From Candidatus Sulfobium sp. (GTDB lineage: Bacteria > Nitrospirota > Thermodesulfovibrionia > Thermodesulfovibrionales > UBA6898), in assembly GCA_037380845.1 (NCBI GenBank), contig JARRRI010000008.1, positions 1 through 30,037 of the forward strand: a stretch of DNA of 30,037 nt. Direction: 5' to 3'. The notes under the pieces are model-generated. The model was given only the letters and a program-made list of their open reading frames with translations. It was not told the DNA's origin and made no database searches. This document shows, piece after piece, positions 1 through 8,592 of the stretch (within the stretch, counting starts at the first letter, position 1; every line of letters starts with the position of its first letter). A program made the translations under genes and the position numbers.

Positions 1-333
1 TTCGACACAACCCTCCTCTTTTCGCTTCGGGACATATTCCTCGCAGTCCTGATGGCGGCGCTCATATTCGCCAGCAACCTTCCCGCTCTTCTCATAAAAC
101 GCTACCTGGGGCTCTCCCTGAGGGAGGGCCTTCTCATGACCCTCCTCCTGTCCGCTCCCCTCTCCATGATTGTGGTTGCGGGCACCATCGGTACGAAACT
201 CGGGCTGATCGACTCAGTAATGAATAATACCCTTATCCTCTCGGCCCTGTTCGCCAGTCTCATCTTCCCCTTCTTTTTCAGGGTCCTGGCACGCGGAATC
301 CTCAAGCCGGGGGAAGAAGCGCAAAAAGCATAG
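1..333 (+). CDS. Cation:proton antiporter (CPA2/Na+/H+ exchanger family), C-terminal part, truncated by window start
   Basis: Frame is open from base 1 to TAG at 331-333. Several hydrophobic helices; the 'LLLSAPLSMIVVAGTIGTKLGLID' segment resembles the C-terminal TMs of CPA2 antiporters. Confidence 0.65.
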   Translation, partial: FDTTLLFSLRDIFLAVLMAALIFASNLPALLIKRYLGLSLREGLLMTLLLSAPLSMIVVAGTIGTKLGLIDSVMNNTLILSALFASLIFPFFFRVLARGILKPGEEAQKA

Positions 334-454
334 AGGATACGGCATGGATTCCGTCGCGGCCTTGCTCAGGCGCCCTTTTCCGCTATAGAACGGGATGCCG
401 TGTGTTCGGAGATGCCTGTTAGAACCCGGTGGAGCCTTTGTTGTAATATAAGAC

Positions 455-670
455 ATGCGGAAGAGGTTATATCTCAAGCTGGGCGACAGGGTCGAACACA
501 GGAAACATTACACCTGGGGCCGGGGTGAAGTCATCGAGGAAAAACATTCGGCGCTCTCCGGCGGCTTCTGCATGGTCAGGGTCCTGTTCGACGACGGCAA
601 GGAACGATCCTTCATAAACGACCTCGACCATCAGCATTGCTGCTATTACTTCGGCGTACGCCTTATCTGA
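455..670 (+). CDS. Small conserved hypothetical protein, DUF3553-like (SH3-like beta protein)
   Basis: 71 aa, 'LKLGDRVEH..WGRGEV..MVRVLFDDGKERSFIND..CCYYFG', a pattern typical of DUF3553-like proteins. Confidence 0.7.
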   Translation: MRKRLYLKLGDRVEHRKHYTWGRGEVIEEKHSALSGGFCMVRVLFDDGKERSFINDLDHQHCCYYFGVRLI

Positions 671-838
671 AATAAGCTGCGAGTTTCCCGGCGACAAATT
701 TAGCAGCCTTCCAGGAGCAGACGAAGACAGACACGGTTTATTCCGGGCAATAGCAGACTCCGCCCACGAAGCCGTCGGTTGATAAGTTTTCTGTAAGGAT
801 ATGGCCGTTGCCGTCATCTACCGCGATCGGGCAGGTCT

Positions 839-2331
839 TCAGTGCAGGCCTGCCGGGGTCTCGCTCTTCCCCTTTTTCATCAGGAATACAAGAGGAACTA
901 TAAGGATCATGAAAAGGCTGAGCAAATGGAATGCGTCGTTGAATGACATCATATGCACCTGTCTCTGCAGCTGACCGTAAATAGCAGCCGCGCCGCCATG
1001 GGCCGCATCGGCAGCCGGGAAACCTTTCCGATCGAGGAACTGCCCGGCGTGATGCAGGGCGTGCTGGTAAGTACTGTCAAAGGGGGTGAGATTTGCAGTA
1101 AGCTGTGACTGGTGCAGCTGTGACCTCCGGGCCGCGATAGTTGTCACGAAGGCCACGCCGAAACTTCCCCCCAGGTTTCTGAGAAGATTATATATGGCCG
1201 TCGCATTCCCCATGTTTTCCTTGCTGATCGTGGCCATCGTCATGGTGGTGAGCGGAATGAAAAGGAGTCCCATGCCTATGCCCAGCACTATCCTGGGCCA
1301 GATTATCGTCCAGAAGCCGGCGTAGAGGTTAAATTCCGACATCAGGTACGTAGAGTATGCCCCGACAATGATGCCCGAGGCCAGCAAGCCCTTCGGATTC
1401 ACCTTTGTAACCAGCCTGCCTGCAACCGGCATGGCAATAAGCGTCGCCATACCGCCCGGGCCGAGCACCAGGCCTGCAAGGTAGGCCGTATATCCCATCA
1501 GGGTCTGAAGATAGATCGGCAGGAGAACGATGCTCCCGAAGAGGTTGAAAAAGGCAAAAAACATCACTATGCAGCCCGTGGTAAAGGAGACGTTCCTGAA
1601 GGTGCGGAGGTTCATAATAGGATGTTCGCCAAAGAACTCCGTTAGCAGAAACAGCACCAGAGAGATAAACGATACTGCAGCCAGCCATGTGATGAAGTTC
1701 GACGCAAACCAGTCGTCCTGCTGACCCCTGTCGAGGATTACCTGCAGGCATCCCAGACCCAGTGCAAGAAAAGCCAGGCCCCAATAGTCAATCTTCATCT
1801 TCATCCTGGTCATGTAAGGAGGGTTATAGATAAAGAATATGACCATGAGTATGGACAAAAGGCCTATCGGCACGTTGATAAAAAATATCCAGTGCCAGGG
1901 GCCATGCCGTGCTGTTTCCTGGGGAAGGATTCAAGCAGAATGGCCTGCGAAATGGGCTGCAGGGCCCCTCCCCCGATGCCCTGAAGCACCCTGAAGAACA
2001 CCAGACTCTGAAGGTTCCAGGCCAGACCGCATAGGAGAGAGCTGACGGTAAAGAGCCCTATGGATGAGATGAGGTACTTCTTTCTGCCGAAGAGCCTGCT
2101 CAGCCATCCCGTCATTGGAATGATGATCGCATTGGAGACGAGGTAGGAGGTTATTGTCCACGTAGATTCATCAATGGTCGCCGACAAGCTCCCACGTATG
2201 TGGTCGAGAGAGACATTCACCACCGAGGTATCGATGATCTCGATCAAAGTTGGAAGCATCACCGTGATAGCGATGATCCACTTGTTTATTTCGGGAACTG
2301 CAGGCGCGCTTACTGCTATCTCATCAGCCAT
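839..2331 (-). pseudogene. emrB: DHA2/EmrB-family MFS efflux permease, disrupted by an internal deletion with frameshift at about 1899/1900
   Basis: The N-part (1864-2331) has 'EIIDTSVVNVSLDHIRGSL', 'WTITSYLVSNAIIIPMTGWLSRLFGRKK' and 'FRVLQGIGGGALQPISQAILLESFP'. After HGMA the frame shifts directly to WHWIFFINVPIG, which continues as ORF 839-1873 to the normal C-terminus. The motif-C helix is absent. Confidence 0.85.
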
Positions 2332-2366
2332 ATGCGGTCACGTCACTAATAGAATATTCCAAGTAA

Positions 2367-2386
2367 ATGTTAGCGCTCACTAACAT
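2367..2386. promoter_or_regulatory. Putative TetR operator (7-6-7 inverted repeat) upstream of emrB
   Basis: ATGTTAG-CGCTCA-CTAACAT, 19/20 identical to 10357-10376 at the tetR start. Confidence 0.8.
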
Positions 2387-2389
2387 AGT

Positions 2390-2419
2390 ATTGTGCACTC
2401 CCGTCCCGTCGCAAGTCAA
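2390..2419 (-). promoter_or_regulatory. Putative sigma-70 promoter of emrB
   Basis: Minus strand TTGACT-18 nt-CACAAT just upstream of the operator, with the same geometry as the tetR promoter. Confidence 0.45.
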
Positions 2420-2799
2420 TGGAACAGCGGGCAATTTAGCAGATCAGGGACGTTCGGCTGCTTCACGATGAAGCAACGCACTCCTTCCTGGCTGCACCGA
2501 CTGACAGATGCGTTTCAAAGAAATGCTACGGCGATGCGTCCGCTTGCAGCTAACGCCACCAGAACATTTTTGAAAACAGTACGGTCTACTTATGGAAATA
2601 GCATCACTTGCCAAAATCCCCCTGTTTTAGTTTCGCCTTTTTTGAACAAATTATTCTTTTCAAGAGCCTTGAAATATGTTACTATTTTTCCTAATGCGGG
2701 GGAAAAAGCCGGGGGTATTCAACAATACGAAGTTCGGTAATTCAAAGATATAATTATGTACTTTTTTATTCTTTTCAATGGACACGAAAGGAGACGCAT

Positions 2800-3528
2800 A
2801 TGCTCAGGAAGTCTTTGTATATAGTCTTTTTTGTTGCGGTGTTAACATACGGAGGGGTTGCCTGGAGTCAAAACGTGGTTATGAACGGGGACTTTGAGGC
2901 CGGTTCTGCAAACTGGGCTGAGTGGAACAGCCCGCAGGCTTGGGTAAATGGGACATTTGGCCACGATTATGGTAGCGGATGCGATGTCTGGCCCCCTGTT
3001 CCTTACCCGGCTTCGGGAACTCACAGTCACTGCCAACACGTCGGCGCAAATAACGTACATGGAGGACTTTATCAGGTTGTTAATGTCATTCCAGGCACTA
3101 CTTATGTAGTCTCCGGTTTATGGTCAGGAGGAATTGGAGGTCTTGTAAAGGGTTCCACTACAACCGCTGCATGGTTTGAGATAACCGTTTACGATGGAGT
3201 AGCAACTGTCGCACAGATCGATTCTGCGCCGGGACCTTCGGATGTGACCATTGCCAAGAAGGAATGGAGTGGTACAAATCCTTACAGTTTTGGCTGGGAA
3301 ACTTTCAGTGCTACATTTATTCCGCAGAGCAATCAGGTAACATTAGCACTTAAGACGGGGAAAATAGGTGACTGGGATGCTATCGCGGCATACCATGACA
3401 ATATTAGAATTGAAGCATTGGCTCCCCCCACCCCAGTCCCCACCATGACCGAATGGGGTTTGGTTATATTCATGCTGATCGCAGCTTGCGGAGCAATCTA
3501 TTACTTGAGAAAAAGAAAGCAGGCTTGA
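2800..3528 (+). CDS. IPTL-CTERM sorting-signal surface protein with a galactose-binding/CBM-like jelly-roll domain
   Basis: SD AAGGAG; signal peptide ending AWS; domain bracketed by 'NGDFE...W' and 'HDNIRI'; C-terminus 'PVPTMTEWGLVIFMLIAACGAIYYLRKRK' (VPTM-TEWG, TM helix, basic tail). Confidence 0.85.
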   Translation: MLRKSLYIVFFVAVLTYGGVAWSQNVVMNGDFEAGSANWAEWNSPQAWVNGTFGHDYGSGCDVWPPVPYPASGTHSHCQHVGANNVHGGLYQVVNVIPGTTYVVSGLWSGGIGGLVKGSTTTAAWFEITVYDGVATVAQIDSAPGPSDVTIAKKEWSGTNPYSFGWETFSATFIPQSNQVTLALKTGKIGDWDAIAAYHDNIRIEALAPPTPVPTMTEWGLVIFMLIAACGAIYYLRKRKQA

Positions 3529-3541
3529 AGCAGTTCCAGTT

Positions 3542-3573
3542 AAGAAATGCCTGGGGACTCCCAGGCATTTCTT
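3542..3573 (+). terminator. Intrinsic terminator-like hairpin after the IPTL-CTERM gene
   Basis: AAGAAATGCCTGGG-GACT-CCCAGGCATTTCTT, a perfect 14-bp stem 13 nt after the stop. Confidence 0.75.
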
Positions 3574-3911
3574 CATTCCCTCCGGGGTTCTTCATTTTGG
3601 CTTCTTCTGTCCGGTGTATGGCAAAGCAGGTGAATTCTCCAGCTTTTGAGTTTCAAGGTCTTCATCTGCCAAATTTGTTATTTTTTCGTGACGTCCTCGT
3701 GATATTTCAGCGTTAAAACGAAATGGGCTCTTAGGGGCATGTTGACTATTGACTTTTGAACCTCTGTATGTCCTGCTACAGCTTTAAATTCCGCTCACCC
3801 TCCGCATCTCTTTCGAATCGGCCGCGCTGCAGACTTCTGTGGGTATATCCCTCGCTTTGAATCAAGTTATAGCGCATTGCAGAGGGCAATGCTATCATGA
3901 AACGTGGCTTC

Positions 3912-5006
3912 CTACTTCACCAGAATCGTCGGCACTACGGACATCCCCACTCTCAGGACATGCCCGGGGTCGGTATTCTTGTCGAGAACAATCTTCACCG
4001 GCACTCTCTGAACGACTTTCACATAATTCCCTGTCGCGTTTTCCGGGGGGAAAAGAGAAAAGGCCGAGCCGGTTCCGGCCATGATGCTGTTGACCGTGCC
4101 GCGGAATTCCTTACCGGGATAGGCGTCCACGCTTATATCAACCTTCTGGCCCGCCTTCACCTTGGCCAGTTGTGTTTCCTTATAGTTTGCAGTCACATAC
4201 ACCCCTTCCAGCGGAACTACCGCCATCAGCGGCTGGCCTGACTGTACCCGGTTGCCGACCTCCGCACTCTTCTTTGTCACGTGACCATCGGCAGGGGCGT
4301 AGATCTTTGTATAGCCCGCATCCAGCTGCGCCGCCTCCAGGGCAGCCTCTTTCTGTTTTACAACAGCGGCCTCGGACCGCAATGCCGATTCAGTCTGTCT
4401 TATGACCGCTTTCTGCGTTTCGAGCGCCGCTGCCGCCTGGTTCATCTGGTCTTTCGCTGCCCTGACCTGGGCGAAACGGACCTTATAGTCGGTCTGGGTC
4501 TGCTGATATTTTTCCTTCGACATGGCCTCCTTCCTGTAAAGGTTTTCGGCCCGTTTAATGTCTATTTCCGCCTGCCTTAGATTTGCCTCCTGAAGCTCAA
4601 GGTTGGCCCTTGCGGCCCTTAACCGGAACTGCAACTGCTCAAGCCGTTTCTCAGCCGCTTCTATCTTCTTCCGGGCTTCTCCCATCTTCGCCTTCGCCAC
4701 GTAAAGAGCGGCCTCGGACTCCTTCACCTTCACATCGTAATCCACAGGGTCGAGTTGAAGCAGGATTTCACCCTTCTTCACATACTGGTTATCGTCTACA
4801 TAGATCTTTTTTACCGTCCCGTTTACCCTGGAAGCTATTGTGTAGATGTCGCCTTCCACGTAAGCGTCGTCAGTCGAAATGTGGGTGCTTTTATATTGCA
4901 GATAAAGGTAAACCGAGATTATCGCGATAATCCCGATAACAGAGAAAATGATCCCTGCCACAACCTTTCTTCTGCGACCATTGCCTTTCCCGGGAGTCTC
5001 TTCCAT
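3912..5006 (-). CDS. emrA: HlyD/EmrA-family membrane fusion protein
   Basis: N-terminal TM, 'ISTDDAYV', long coiled coil, 'ANYKETQL', 'GTGSAFSLFPPENATGNYVKVVQRVPVKI' (EmrA signature). Start overlaps the tolC stop (TAATG). Confidence 0.93.
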   Translation of the reverse strand: MEETPGKGNGRRRKVVAGIIFSVIGIIAIISVYLYLQYKSTHISTDDAYVEGDIYTIASRVNGTVKKIYVDDNQYVKKGEILLQLDPVDYDVKVKESEAALYVAKAKMGEARKKIEAAEKRLEQLQFRLRAARANLELQEANLRQAEIDIKRAENLYRKEAMSKEKYQQTQTDYKVRFAQVRAAKDQMNQAAAALETQKAVIRQTESALRSEAAVVKQKEAALEAAQLDAGYTKIYAPADGHVTKKSAEVGNRVQSGQPLMAVVPLEGVYVTANYKETQLAKVKAGQKVDISVDAYPGKEFRGTVNSIMAGTGSAFSLFPPENATGNYVKVVQRVPVKIVLDKNTDPGHVLRVGMSVVPTILVK

Positions 5007-6316
5007 TAACGATACACCTCCGATAGTTCTTTTCCCATAGAATATAGAATTGCGGCCTGGGCCTTGCCGAGATCATATACGGCCCTGTAATAATTCGTTT
5101 CCGCCACTGTCAGAAGTGTGACGGCGTCAAGTACGTCAGTTGCCGTTCCCACTCCTTCTTCGTACTTGGTCCTGTTTATCCTCAGATTTTCTTTCGCCTG
5201 CTGGATGGCGTCCTTCGTGACATCCAGGCGCTGCCTCGCGGTCCTGGAATCAAGGATATATTTCTCTACCTCGAGCTTGATGTCGTCTATCAGTTTTTTC
5301 TTCTGCTCCAGGAGTTTCTCCTTCTGCTGCCTGATTTTCAGGACTTCCGCCTTTGTCCTGCCGCCGTGGAACAGGTTTATGCCGAGGCCCAGCACGAGAG
5401 ACCAGTTGTCTTCGTGGGTAAGATAACGGTTTTCTTCGTAGTCGTACCCTCCCTTGACAAATATCCTCGGATAATATTCCGCCTTTTTTGAGACTTCCTG
5501 AAGGTCCAGCGACTTGAGAGTGCCGTCGATTATAAGTACCTCGGGTCTGTTCCTCTCTGCAACTCCCCATGCCTTTTCCATATTGACGCCGGTCAGCTCC
5601 ACCGGGACTTCGGTGACATCCGTCACCTCCGTTTGTGTCGTTAGCGGCAGCGTGAGGGCGTTGTTGAGATTGGAAACATTGACCTCCCTGAGGTTCTTCG
5701 CTGCAAGCAGCCTCTGCCGGGCGTCAGAAAGCCTGACCTGTGCCTGGAGCAGATCATTTTTTGTAATGACCCCCTCCTCATAGAGATTCTGAGCGTCCTT
5801 GAGGTGAGATTCCAGCCTGTCGACCTCTTCCCCGGCCACGAGGACCATCTTCTCCGATTCAAGGAGATTGAAATACTGAAAAGCGAAATTCACCTCTACC
5901 AGGTTGGCAATCCTTCTGGTGTCGAGTTTCGTTGTCTGAAGCGCAACTTTGCTGGCCTCATACTTCGCGGCGTTCCGCCTGAAGTCGTAGAGCGTCTGCT
6001 GGACCGAAAGGGAATAGGCAAGAAAGGATTTTTCCGACGTGGGGACGGAAAGATCGCCGAATATCGCCCCCGGCTGGTTGGCCAGAAATGTCTGACTCAG
6101 CGCTCCGTCAACCCTCGGGTACAGCGCCGCCTTCTCGATCAGGGTGTCGGTCTTCGATATATCTTCTTCCCTGTGGGCAATGCTCATCAGCCTGCTGTTC
6201 TTCACTGCGAGCTTAAGTCCCTCGGACAGAGTCAGTACTTCCGAGTATGCGGCGGATGAAACTGTCGCAAGAAACGCCGAGGCCAGGAACAGAACCGCAA
6301 AAAATCTCAGTTTCAT
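5006..6316 (-). CDS. TolC-family outer-membrane efflux protein
   Basis: Signal peptide, 'LTLSEGLKLAVKNS', two OEP repeats with 'YEEGVITKNDLLQAQ' and 'YEEGVGTATDVLDA'. Confidence 0.93.
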   Translation of the reverse strand: MKLRFFAVLFLASAFLATVSSAAYSEVLTLSEGLKLAVKNSRLMSIAHREEDISKTDTLIEKAALYPRVDGALSQTFLANQPGAIFGDLSVPTSEKSFLAYSLSVQQTLYDFRRNAAKYEASKVALQTTKLDTRRIANLVEVNFAFQYFNLLESEKMVLVAGEEVDRLESHLKDAQNLYEEGVITKNDLLQAQVRLSDARQRLLAAKNLREVNVSNLNNALTLPLTTQTEVTDVTEVPVELTGVNMEKAWGVAERNRPEVLIIDGTLKSLDLQEVSKKAEYYPRIFVKGGYDYEENRYLTHEDNWSLVLGLGINLFHGGRTKAEVLKIRQQKEKLLEQKKKLIDDIKLEVEKYILDSRTARQRLDVTKDAIQQAKENLRINRTKYEEGVGTATDVLDAVTLLTVAETNYYRAVYDLGKAQAAILYSMGKELSEVYR

Positions 6317-6429
6317 ATCACAGTGTCCGGCGACATAATATCCGTGAAACTGCAGTCTTCATTCAAATATCTCAACTCCTCAAACCTCCTGATCCGAAAA
6401 ACCCGCAAGCAAAACCAAAAAGATTTCAC

Positions 6430-6505
6430 CACGGAGTCACGAAGGCACTGAGACAAAAAAATTAACAACCAATTAAGACTTTCTCCGTGTCTCAGTGTCT
6501 CCGTG
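6430..6505. repeat. REP-like imperfect palindrome of 3 x 8-nt units per arm (copy 1)
   Basis: CACGGAGT CACGAAGG CACTGAGA ... TCTCCGTG TCTCAGTG TCTCCGTG. Related copies at 8492-8573 and 25246-25506. Confidence 0.75.
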
Positions 6506-6520
6506 CTTAATATTTCATTC

Positions 6521-7750
6521 TTATTCATATCTCAGCGCCTCTATAGGATCCAGAAGTGATGCCTTGTAGGCCGGGTAAAACCCAAAAAATATTCCCACCA
6601 GACCGGAAAAACCGAAGGCAAGAATGACCGAAAAAGGAGCCACCACCGTAGGCCATCCAAAAAGCGCCGAGACTATTTCCGAACCGGTTATGCCCAAGAT
6701 TATACCAACAACTCCGCCAATAAGTGAAAGTGTCAGCGCCTCTACTACAAACTGCAGGCGTATGTCCCAGGTCCTGGCTCCCACCGCCATCCTGATGCCT
6801 ATCTCCCTGGTCCTTTCCGTGACGGAGACCAGCATGATATTCATAATGCCGATGCCTCCCACCAGGAGTGAAACTGATGCAATAGCCCCCAGAAGGAGCG
6901 TCATTACCTTTGTCGATTGTTCCGCAGCCTGCATCATCTCGGTCAGGTTCCTGACCGTGAAATCGTTCTCCTCTTTGCGACCGATATGGTGCCGCTGTCT
7001 CAAAAGTTCGTTTATCTGCTGTTCGGCCCGGCCGAGATCATCCGTACTCCTCGCCTTAACCAGGATTATTCTCACCATGCCGGGAAAGGGCGTCCCAAAG
7101 AGCTTCTTCTGGGCCGTGGTGACCGGAACATAGATTCTGTCGTCCTGGTCCCGACCGCCGGGCGACTGACCCTTTGGGGCGAGCACGCCGATAACGGTAA
7201 AGGGGATCTTCTTTATCCTCACGATTCGTCCCACCGGATTCTGTCCGCCGAAGAGGTTATCGACCACGGTCTGACCCAGCAGGCACACTTTCGTCGCACT
7301 CTTGACATCCTGGGCTGTAAAGAGCCTTCCCGATGCCACGGGCCAGTCCCTCACATTGAACATGCCGGGAGTAGTGCCCTCAACGCCGGTCGACCAGTTC
7401 AGATGACCGTACACCACTTGCGCCACTCCGCTCAAAACAGGGGCAACATCCGACACTGCGGGACATTCTTTCCTTATCGCCTCCGCGTCGGACATGTTCA
7501 GGGTCGGTTGTGTACCGGAGCCCATCCGTACTCCCCCGGCGGTGGTGGCGCCCGGCAGTATGATGAGAAGGTTGCTGCCCATGCTGGACATCTGCGCTGC
7601 TATCTGCTCGCTGGCCCCCGTGCCCACGGCCAGCATCGCGATCACAGCCCCCACGCCGATAACTATCCCGAGCGTCGTGAGCGCGGAACGCATTTTGTTT
7701 ACCCTGAGCGCCCTCAACGAAATCCTGACAGTCGACTGCAAATTGATCAT
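6521..7750 (-). CDS. MacB/FtsX-like ABC transporter permease
   Basis: 'NKMRSALTTLGIVIGVGAVIAM', 'LLVGGIGIMNIMLVSVTERTREIGIRMAVGA', 'GFYPAYKASLLDPIEALRYE'. Confidence 0.95.
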   Translation of the reverse strand: MINLQSTVRISLRALRVNKMRSALTTLGIVIGVGAVIAMLAVGTGASEQIAAQMSSMGSNLLIILPGATTAGGVRMGSGTQPTLNMSDAEAIRKECPAVSDVAPVLSGVAQVVYGHLNWSTGVEGTTPGMFNVRDWPVASGRLFTAQDVKSATKVCLLGQTVVDNLFGGQNPVGRIVRIKKIPFTVIGVLAPKGQSPGGRDQDDRIYVPVTTAQKKLFGTPFPGMVRIILVKARSTDDLGRAEQQINELLRQRHHIGRKEENDFTVRNLTEMMQAAEQSTKVMTLLLGAIASVSLLVGGIGIMNIMLVSVTERTREIGIRMAVGARTWDIRLQFVVEALTLSLIGGVVGIILGITGSEIVSALFGWPTVVAPFSVILAFGFSGLVGIFFGFYPAYKASLLDPIEALRYE

Positions 7751-8442
7751 GCTGACCCGTCCTGCGCCGTGTCGCTGATTATGCGACCGTCGATGAATTT
7801 GATTACTCTCTTGCTGTAGGCGGCAATATCCGGTTCGTGGGTAACGAGTATAACGGTTATATTGGACTCACTGTTGAGTCTTACCATCAGGTCCATAATC
7901 CCGGCGCTCGTCCTCGTATCCAGATTGCCGGTGGGTTCGTCGGCCAATATGATGGGCGCGTCGTTCACCAGCGCCCTTGCGATCGCCACCCTCTGCTGCT
8001 GTCCGCCGGAAAGCTGGTTCGGATGATGTCCCTCTCTTCCTTCGAGGCCTACGCTCTTCAGTGCCATGAGCGCCCTCTCCTTCCGCTCATGTGCGGGCAG
8101 TCCGTCATATAACATCGGCAGTTCCACGTTTTCCATTGCCGACGTCCGCGAGAGTAGATTGAACCCCTGGAAGACGAAACCCAGCTTTTTGTTCCTTATA
8201 CCCGCCAGTTCGTCCCTGCCGAGCCTCCCGACCTCGGTTCCCTCCAGAAAATACTGCCCCCCGGTCGGTTTGTCGAGGCATCCCAGGATGTTCATGAACG
8301 TAGACTTGCCTGAGCCGGAAGGGCCCATGACCGCGACGAATTCACCTTTATCTATCGAAAGCGTTACGTCAGTGAGGGCGTTCAGCGTAAATTCTCCAAG
8401 CCGGTAGACCTTGTTTATTTTATCTACTTCCATGATCGCCAT
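7747..8442 (-). CDS. MacB/LolD-like ABC transporter ATP-binding protein
   Basis: Walker A GPSGSGKS, signature LSGGQQQRVAIARAL, Walker B ILADEPTGNLD, VTHE switch. Start placed at ATG 8442 because the upstream extension reads through a repeat. Confidence 0.95.
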   Translation of the reverse strand: MAIMEVDKINKVYRLGEFTLNALTDVTLSIDKGEFVAVMGPSGSGKSTFMNILGCLDKPTGGQYFLEGTEVGRLGRDELAGIRNKKLGFVFQGFNLLSRTSAMENVELPMLYDGLPAHERKERALMALKSVGLEGREGHHPNQLSGGQQQRVAIARALVNDAPIILADEPTGNLDTRTSAGIMDLMVRLNSESNITVILVTHEPDIAAYSKRVIKFIDGRIISDTAQDGSA

Positions 8443-8491
8443 TATTTCTTCTCTTCCCAATCCACCGGACCTGCAAAAAAAGGACTTTCGC

Positions 8492-8573
8492 CACAAAGAC
8501 ACCGAGACGCAGAAAACTCCTGAAATGCTTTCTACATTTATCCTGTCTTCCTCAGTGCCTCTGCGGCTCAGCG
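8492..8573. repeat. REP-like imperfect palindrome of 8-nt units (copy 2)
   Basis: CACAAAGA CACCGAGA CGCAGAAA ... CCTCAGTG CCTCTGCG GCTCAGCG, between macA and the ATPase gene. Confidence 0.7.
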
Positions 8574-8592
8574 GTTAGTATTTCCTGGTTCA

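Noticed and set aside
839..1873. emrB halves as a programmed frameshift or a natural two-subunit transporter
   Set aside because: A conserved helix is missing at the junction, so restoring the frame would not give a complete protein.
2393..2740. 115-aa ORF or possible riboswitch upstream of the IPTL-CTERM gene
   Set aside because: No SD, no recognisable domain, and it overlaps the emrB promoter. I saw no c-di-GMP or other riboswitch consensus, but an Rfam search was not run.
6313..6528. 71-aa ORF bridging the permease and tolC
   Set aside because: Its sequence (TETLRHGE...CLRDSVV) is a translation of the octamer palindrome, with no protein-family features.
8443..8502. N-terminal extension of the ABC ATPase ORF
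   Set aside because: It starts inside repeat copy 2; the domain begins at MAIMEV (8442).
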